From the NCBI RefSeq assembly GCF_006345805.1, contig NW_021836201.1:1-26119 (forward strand): a stretch of DNA of 26,119 bases. The letters are read 5' to 3'. Origin of the DNA: Octopus sinensis (Eukaryota). How positions within the stretch are numbered: the stretch's first letter is position 1; every line of letters starts with the position of its first letter. Positions 19,572 through 26,119 of the stretch are shown piece by piece. Made by a program: the position numbers and the translations under genes. Below the pieces are notes generated by a model, which saw nothing but the letters and a program-made list of their open reading frames with translations, was not told the DNA's origin and did no database searches.

Positions 19572-19770
19572 ACGTGGGGTGCTGAAAATTTCCTGGCTTT
19601 GTGTAAAAGAAAATACAGGGGGATCCATTAATTATGATTTTATTTAACATATTCCCCTCTCAGATTCACACACTCATTGCAGAAATATTTCAGTTTTTCT
19701 AAGTCCTGTAAAAAAAACCTCAAAAGTTTAGGCTTCCTGTCAGGCCTTTCACGATATTCTTAAAGCCAAG
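19572..19770 (-). mobile_element. mariner-derived non-autonomous element
   Basis: Minus strand encodes DLEKLKYFCNECVNLRGEYVK*, like the mariner transposase C-terminus; TIR-like ggggtgctgaaaatttcctggcttt at left, partial aaagcca at right. Confidence 0.65.
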
Positions 19771-19786
19771 CACGCCTTGCCCTTTC

Positions 19787-20028
19787 ATGTGCCACTTAAA
19801 TGGCATCTGTGCTGGTGCCACTTAAATGGCACCTGTGCCAGTGGCACGTGGAAAGCATCTAGCACTCTCTGTTAAGAGGCTGCCATTAGGAAGGGCATCC
19901 AGCCATAGAAACCATGGCTCAACAGATAGCTGGAGTCTGGACAGTTCTATACTAGTAAGCTACATGTCAAACTGTCCAACCCATTCCAGCAGGAAAAGTG
20001 GACATTAAACGATGATGATGATGATGAT
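19787..20028 (+). mobile_element. Diverged RTE 3'-tail copy (family B)
   Basis: ttaggaagggcatccagcc...gtccaaccca...ttaaac(gat)6. Confidence 0.8.
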
Positions 20029-20064
20029 ATATACATGTATGTATATGCATACATGTATTTATAC

Positions 20065-21762
20065 CCTTATCAACAGAGTCAATTATTTGCCGAGGCTTTT
20101 TCAACTATTTTCAAACCAGATGATGGTCGTGAACCCCCTCCATTTGATAGATCGGTACCTCCAAGCCTCGTCCATTGCTTCGGTCATCACGCTGGACGAA
20201 GTCAAACGTGTTATTCAAGGCCTCGATGTCAACAAGGGTCATGGCCCTGACGGCATACACCCACGGGTTATCAAAGCATTGGCTCCGGTCATCTGCGAGC
20301 CCTTAACACGTCTATTCAATATGTCATTGGCGACGGGTTTATACCTGCAGACTGGAGAACAGCGATAATCTGCCCAATTTTCAAGAAAGGGAGCCACGAA
20401 GACCCGCTTAACTACCGACCAGTTTCCTTACATCAATAATCAGCAAAATGTTTGAAACCATCCTTCAGAAAAGTATGATGCTCCACCACTCCAAACACAG
20501 CCTCTATCTCTGATTCCCAACACGGCTTCGTGCCGAAGAGATCATGCTTGACCAACTTACTGGTAATGGAAGAATTGGTGACGCGCATCCTCGATGATAG
20601 TGATGCTGTTGACATCGTTTTATTGGACTTTGCCAAAGCTTTTGACTCGGTAAAACCACCGCCTATTACTTGTCAAGCTTCAAGCATATAGTTTCCATCC
20701 GGATATTGTACGATGGGTTGGTGCCTTCCTCTCAGATCGCTCCTTCCAAGTCCAAGTTAATGGTTCGCAGTCCGATGTCTCCAGTGTGAGCAGTGGCGTG
20801 CCTCATGGTTCAGTGTTTGGGCCCTTATTGTTCTTAGTCTTCATAAATGACTTGCCCGACGACCTCACGCAACACACCCTTCTATTTGCCGACGATGTCA
20901 AACTGGTCGCTCCTCGCGATGATATAGAGGATCTTCATCGATGCTTCCACCAAATTTGGAGATGGTCTAACGAATGGGACCTGTGTTTGAATGTGTCAAA
21001 GTGCTGTCATCTGCCTGCTGGCTCTCCTCCTGCAACTCAACTTGATTTCGAGCCGGGTCGTCTGCTGCTGGAGAGGACCGATCAGGTAAAGGACCTAGGT
21101 ATCTTGGTGGATTCCTCCTTTTCGCCTTCGGCCCAGTGCGTCCATGCTGCCAACAAAGCACGCAGAATTCTGTTCTTGATTTGATGGTCATTCGGAATGC
21201 TCACAGCAGCCATATTCCTATCGCTCTATGTCACGCTGGTGAGACCCATATTGGAGTACGGGATTCAAGCCTCTTCTCCTTATCTCCTCAAAGACATACA
21301 GCATCTCGAAAGAGTCCAGAAGCTGGCTACCCGCATGGTTCATGGTCTCAAAAATTTGTCCTATGAAGAAAGGCTGAGGACGCTCGACCTTTATTCTCTA
21401 GAAAAACGCCGCCACCGTGGTGATCTCATTCTTGCCCACAACATCATAAGCGGAAAGTGTAACCTCTCGAAAGAGCTGTTCTTCACTCCTCTCCAGAGCG
21501 TCGGCTGCGGGGTCATTCTGAAAAGCTCTACCTGCGACGATTTCATCTCAATCGAAGGAGAGGAGCTTCTCTCCGTCCAGGTTTGCGGATCCGTGGAACA
21601 AGCTGCCAGACGAGATGGTGAAGATGCCGACGACCGCTTTGTTCAAAGCCTCCCTTGACCTCAAGTGGCCTGAACTCTTTACATGAACACCACCCTGTAC
21701 TTAACTCCATCTCCCCCTACATGGCCTTGCTATTTGCTTTTGAGCCAAATTAACTAACTAAC
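20065..21762 (+). mobile_element. CR1-clade LINE, 5'-truncated
   Basis: GPDGIHPRV, NYRPVSLTS, QHGFVPKRSCLTNL, DFAKAFDSV, SGVPHGSVFGP, FADD, LYVTLVRPILEY, ERVQKLATR motifs; short 3' UTR with (TAAC)3 tail. Confidence 0.92.
20071..21686 (+). pseudogene. Disrupted CR1 reverse transcriptase ORF
   Basis: Several frameshifts and an in-frame TGA at 21182-21184; natural stop at 21684-21686. Confidence 0.9.
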
Positions 21763-21815
21763 ATACTACACACAACTGCATGCACACACACATACACGCA
21801 AACATTATTTTTAAA

Positions 21816-22006
21816 TGGCATGTAAAAAGCACCCACTACACTCTCGGAGTGGTTGGCGTTAGGAAGGGCATCCAGCTGTAGAAACACTGCCAGATCAGAC
21901 TGGAGCCTGGTGCAGCCTCCTGGCTTCCCAGACCCCAGTTGAACTGTCCAACCCATGCTAGCATGGAAAACAGAAGTTAAACGATGATGATAATGATGAT
22001 GATGAT
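21816..22006 (+). mobile_element. RTE 3'-tail copy (family B)
   Basis: Close match to 15500-15683; (GAT)n tail. Confidence 0.9.
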
Positions 22007-22016
22007 CAGATAATAC

Positions 22017-22208
22017 AGAAGTGTGACAAAAGAAAGAACTCTGGCCGAAATAAGATTAATGGAAAAAATAAATAAAGCTGAAGCAAATTAACACCAAGTA
22101 TATATTGCGTGTGTTTTTATTGGCTAAATTGGCAAAATGACCATCCCTAAATACAAAAATATCTGTTTCAACACACGATTTCACATCAAGAATCTTGAAA
22201 AACAAATA
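22017..22208. mobile_element. MITE family D, right half with complete TIR
   Basis: Matches 24410-24553 directly and 24271-24358 in reverse complement. Confidence 0.75.
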
Positions 22209-22467
22209 TATATATATATATATATATATGCAATAAGAATTACTCCGGTAATTTGGTACGATCGTTTCATACTACATCATTTTATTAAAAGTTGTAAGTA
22301 TTACAACAGTTTTAAAATGCTGAGCACTCATCAGCCAATTATAGGGGTTTTCCATAAATACAAAAATTTTCAAATCAAGTGGCAACATTATAGAGAAGGT
22401 AGATATACAGACAAAGATGTGGATTTAAATTTTAAGAACATATGAGGTAGTGGAGTCCCTCAACTGG

Positions 22468-22724
22468 CTCTCTGTTAAGAGGTTGGCATTAGGAAGGGCA
22501 TCCAGCCATAGAAACCATGGCTCAACAGATAGCTGGGGTCTGGACAATTCTATACTAGTAAGCTACATGTCAAACTGTCCAACCCATTCCAGCAGGAAAA
22601 GTGGACATTAAACGATGATGATGATGATGATATATACATGTATGTATATGCATACATGTATTAATACACACACACACCTGCATGCACACACACACATACA
22701 CACAAACATCATTTTTAAAATACA
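22468..22724 (+). repeat. Paralogous copy of 19865-22018 lacking the CR1 and family B insertions
   Basis: Near-identical to 19865-20064, continuing into sequence matching 21763-21815. Confidence 0.85.
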
Positions 22725-23000
22725 ATATCAACTATGACAAATATTTGTATCTGTCCCCTACTGGGATCTCCTGAATCATGCTTGATGAGCTCCCGTAGGA
22801 AGAAGTAAACAGATATATATCTGTCACATTCGATTTTTTGAAAAAACATTTTTATTTTGTTTGTCACATACAAAGTTTTTTTTCTTATACCAAGATTTTG
22901 TCAATTTTTTACAAAATAAAAACCAATAATTCAATATCTGTATGTCTGTCTGTCTAGCTACTTACCTATCTGTCTGCCTTTCCTTCTCTCTCTCTCTCTT

Positions 23001-23132
23001 TCTTTTACTTGTTTCAGTCATTTGACTGTGGCCATGCCGGAGCACTGCCTTTAGTGGAGCAAATCGACCCCAGGACTTATTCTTTGTAAGCCTAGTACTT
23101 ATTCTATCGGTCTCTTTTGCCGAACTGCTAAG
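23001..23132 (-). mobile_element. SINE family A, 3' fragment
   Basis: tcttttacttgtttcagtcatttgactg...gccgaactgctaag. Confidence 0.85.
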
Positions 23133-23140
23133 CGTGTTTA

Positions 23141-23650
23141 TACAATATTTTAAGGTTTATAAGGAACCCTCATGCATAAGGAACCCCCTAAGATTTGGGG
23201 CATAAAATTTGGAAAAAAGGTTTTGTAAGGGACTATAATTTATTTTATTTATGCGCCTTTTTCAAGCCTATCTAGGCTCATGGGCCCAGTTTCCCGGTTT
23301 CTATGGCGTATGTGTTCTCAACCAGCTGGACGGAACGCCAGTCCATCACAGCATTACTCAAGAAACAGGAAGAAAGACTGAGAGAAACTTGGGGTGAAAG
23401 AGTACAACAGGGTTCGCCACCACCCCCTGCCAGAGCCTCATGGAGCTTTAGGTGTTTTTGCTCAATACACACACACAACGACCAGTCTGGGAATCGAAAC
23501 CGCGATCCTCTGACCAGGAGTCCGCTTCCCTAACCACTGGGCCATTGCGCCTCCACAAGGGATTATAATACTATCCAGATATAAGAAACTCCCATGTTTT
23601 TAACCTAATTTTTGACAAAAAGGGTTTCTTATACACGTTGAAATATGGTA
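23141..23650. mobile_element. Tc1/mariner-superfamily (Tc2-like) MITE interrupted by a SINE
   Basis: Imperfect ~30-bp TIRs at 23141-23170 and 23622-23650, with TA ends and CC(A/G)TATTT-type termini. Confidence 0.6.
23240..23557 (-). mobile_element. tRNA-derived SINE family H with a 13-bp TSD
   Basis: Head tgtggaggcgcaatggcccagtggttag and B box tttcgattccc; TSD aaggga(c/t)tataat at 23227-23239 and 23557-23569. Confidence 0.9.
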
Positions 23651-23766
23651 TATTCACAACAGGTTCATCTACACAGTAACATTTGAAACTTTTTGTTGTT
23701 ATTGCGACCCCAGTGTATCACTGTTTACCCACAGGTCATTTGTTTATGTATGTGTGTGTGTGTATA

Positions 23767-24222
23767 TCATCATCATCATTACATAACATCTGTTGTCCAT
23801 GCTGGCATGGGTTGGATGGTTTGACCAGGGTTAGCAAGATGAGGGGCTGCACCAGACTCCAGTCTGATTTGGCATTGTTTCTAAGGCTGGATACCCTTCC
23901 TAACACCAACCACTCTTGAGAGTATAATTGGTGCTTTTATGTGCCAGTTGCATGGCACCAGTATCTGCCACAACTACAATGTCACTTGGCTTGATGGGTC
24001 TTCTTCTCAAGTACAGCATATTGCCAAAAGTGTCAGTCATTTAGTATTGCCTCTGTGAGGCCCAATGCTCAACAGGTGCCTTTTCCATACCACCAGCACA
24101 GGTGCTAATTACGTGATACCGGCATTGGCCACATTGCCTCTGTGAGGCCCAAAGCTCGAAAGGCGGTTCCCATGTGCCATCGGCATGGGTGCTAGTTATG
24201 TGACACCAGCATTGGGCACATT
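23767..24222 (-). mobile_element. Diverged RTE-tail repeat (family B variant) with internal 87-bp tandem units
   Basis: (cat)n end plus tail motifs; attgcctctgtgaggccca at 24046 and 24133. Confidence 0.75.
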
Positions 24223-24270
24223 GTAAGTATGTATATATCTATCTATCAATATATATATATTACGTTTATA

Positions 24271-24553
24271 TATTTGTTTTGCAAGATTCTTGATGTGAAA
24301 TTGTGTGTTGAAACAGATGTTGTTGTATTTAGGAATGGTCATGTTGCCAGTTTAACCAGAGACATACAAATAAGAAAGAAGAAAGCAAAGGACCACTGAT
24401 GCGGTCACAGGAGTGTGACGAAAGAACTCTGGCCGAAATAAGATTAAGATTAATGTAAAAAATAAATAACACTGAAGCAAAGTAACACCAAATATATAGT
24501 GCGTGTGTTTTTATTGGCTAAACTGGCAACATGACCATCCCCAAATACAACAA
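24271..24553. mobile_element. MITE family D, left TIR complete and right TIR truncated
   Basis: 24271-24358 inverted relative to 24515-24553. Confidence 0.75.
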
Positions 24554-24609
<56 letters not shown>

Positions 24610-24612
24610 ATA

Positions 24613-24983
24613 TGTGGAGGAGCGCAATGGCCCAGTGGTTAGGGCAGCGAACTCGCGGTCGTAGGATCGATTCCCAGACCGAGCGTTGTGAGTGTTTATT
24701 GATCGAAAACACCTAAAGCTCCACGAGGCTCCGGCAGGGGCTGCTGGTTTTCCATGCTGTAACTCTTTCACCACAACTTTCTCTCACTCTTACTTCGTTT
24801 CTGTTGTACCTGTATTTCAAAGGGCCGGCTGTGTCCACGCTGAATATCCCCGAGAAACTACGTTAGGGTACACGTGTCTGTAGAGTGCTCAGCCACTTAC
24901 ACGTTATTTCACGAGCAGGCTGTTCCGTTGATCGGATCAACCGGAACCCTCGTCATCGGAACCGACGGAGTGCTTCCATTCCA
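24613..24983 (+). mobile_element. tRNA-derived SINE family H, alternative 3' tail
   Basis: Same head and body as 23240-23557; unrelated 3' part ending ...accgacggagtgcttccattcc. Confidence 0.85.
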
Positions 24984-25228
24984 TATATATATATATATAC
25001 AGACACAGACATTCATGTATATTTTATATTTGGTTGATCAGTCTCTTGTTACTCTGTGTATGTATGGGTGCACAATATCTTCAGGCAAGTCACAAGTCAG
25101 AATTTGTTTGAAGACCCTGGATACTTGCAAGTAAAACTCAGAGTAGCAAGAGACTGATATATTCACTGTTTTTGCAGATTCCCATGGCTCTCGGTTGCTA
25201 TCCAATTTCATTGTGAATTTGAATTCGG

Positions 25229-25828
25229 AGAGACTGAGACCTATGAAAGTATGCTGTGCGTGAGAAGACCCGGCAAGACTAGTGAAGCCATAACCCGTGG
25301 CCCCTACCTGGGATGTAGTCAGTCCACCTGTGCATACCTTCCTGTTTGTGACACTTGTGAAGACCTGTTGAGGCAAGTGAAAATCAAATCAATCAAATCA
25401 AACCAAATCAAAATAGATGAACATCAATGGAATTTGTATCCTTGTGGTACCAGTGCCGGTGGCACATAAGAAAACATCCGAACGGGACCGTAGCCAATAC
25501 CGCATCGACGGCCTCCGTGCTGTGGGCACGTAACAACACCATCCGATCGTGGCCGTTCGCCAGCCTCGACTGGCACCTGTGTCGGGGGCACATAAGAAAA
25601 CACCGAAAACATCATCCGAGCGTGGCCGTCTGCCAGCCTCGTCTGGCACCTGTGTCGGTGGCACATAAAATCACCCACTACACTCTCGGAGTGGTTGGCG
25701 TTAGGAAGGGCATCCAGCTGTAGAAACACTGCCAGATCTGACTGGCTGGTGCAGCCTTCGGGCTCCCAGTCCCCAGTGAACCGTCCAACCCATGCTAGCA
25801 TGGAAAGCGGACGTTAAACGATGATGAT
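25229..25828 (+). mobile_element. RTE LINE 3' end (ORF terminus, 3' UTR and (GAT)n tail)
   Basis: Matches 14320-14370 and 15490-15683; only about 3-4 diverged UTR units; possible TSD attcgg at 25223-25228 and 25827-25832. Confidence 0.9.
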
Positions 25829-26119
25829 TCGGTTATAGTGAATCTTTCATTAGTTGATTAAGCAACCTTGGACATCACCCCTAAGGGTGCATTGCAGTTA
25901 CCCTCCTGATAAAGCTTGGTGATCCTGGTCATTGATCTCCTTGGTTTCCTCCACTCAGCATCGATGTAAACTCAGTTGAGCTTTACCATTACTCCTTCAC
26001 AATCTACCATACTGCAGTCCCATGACTTCACCATATCCCTGGCCGGGTGGCTAAATGGGCACTATGCCTTGCCAAATGGCAACCCCTAACTGTGCAGAGT
26101 ATGGTTGTCATCCCAAGAA

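Noticed and set aside
22777-22829. Hammerhead look-alike with 6-bp stem III and GUC site
   Set aside because: Core defects at C3 and G12 and a broken stem II; too many changes are needed
25830-26119. Coding or LINE remnant at the window end
   Set aside because: All frames examined are interrupted within about 40 codons and no motif was recognised

Overview
AT-rich, microsatellite-dense eukaryotic DNA with no host gene that I can support. The repeat landscape looks like an octopus/coleoid cephalopod genome; this is an inference from recalled repeat families. Most ORFs in the supplied track are artefacts of simple repeats. Real coding remnants are two frameshifted non-LTR retrotransposons: an RTE-clade LINE (~12507-15683, with an internal PHD-type zinc finger and a ~1.1 kb higher-order 60-bp minisatellite in its 3' UTR) and a CR1-clade LINE (~20065-21762). 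The window also holds at least four tRNA-derived SINE families, many RTE 3'-tail copies, several TA-flanked foldback MITEs, a Helitron-like non-autonomous element, a 1.17 kb tandem duplication and a partial duplication that preserves a pre-insertion 'empty site'. The most interesting signals are RNA-structural. There is a near-canonical type I hammerhead ribozyme at 766-846 and a minimal Penelope-type hammerhead with one core mutation at 18620-18657. A highly structured ~350-bp tandem repeat at 1-590 carries a degenerate hammerhead core at its unit junction and resembles a non-LTR retrozyme. All folding was done by eye and needs computational and biochemical confirmation.
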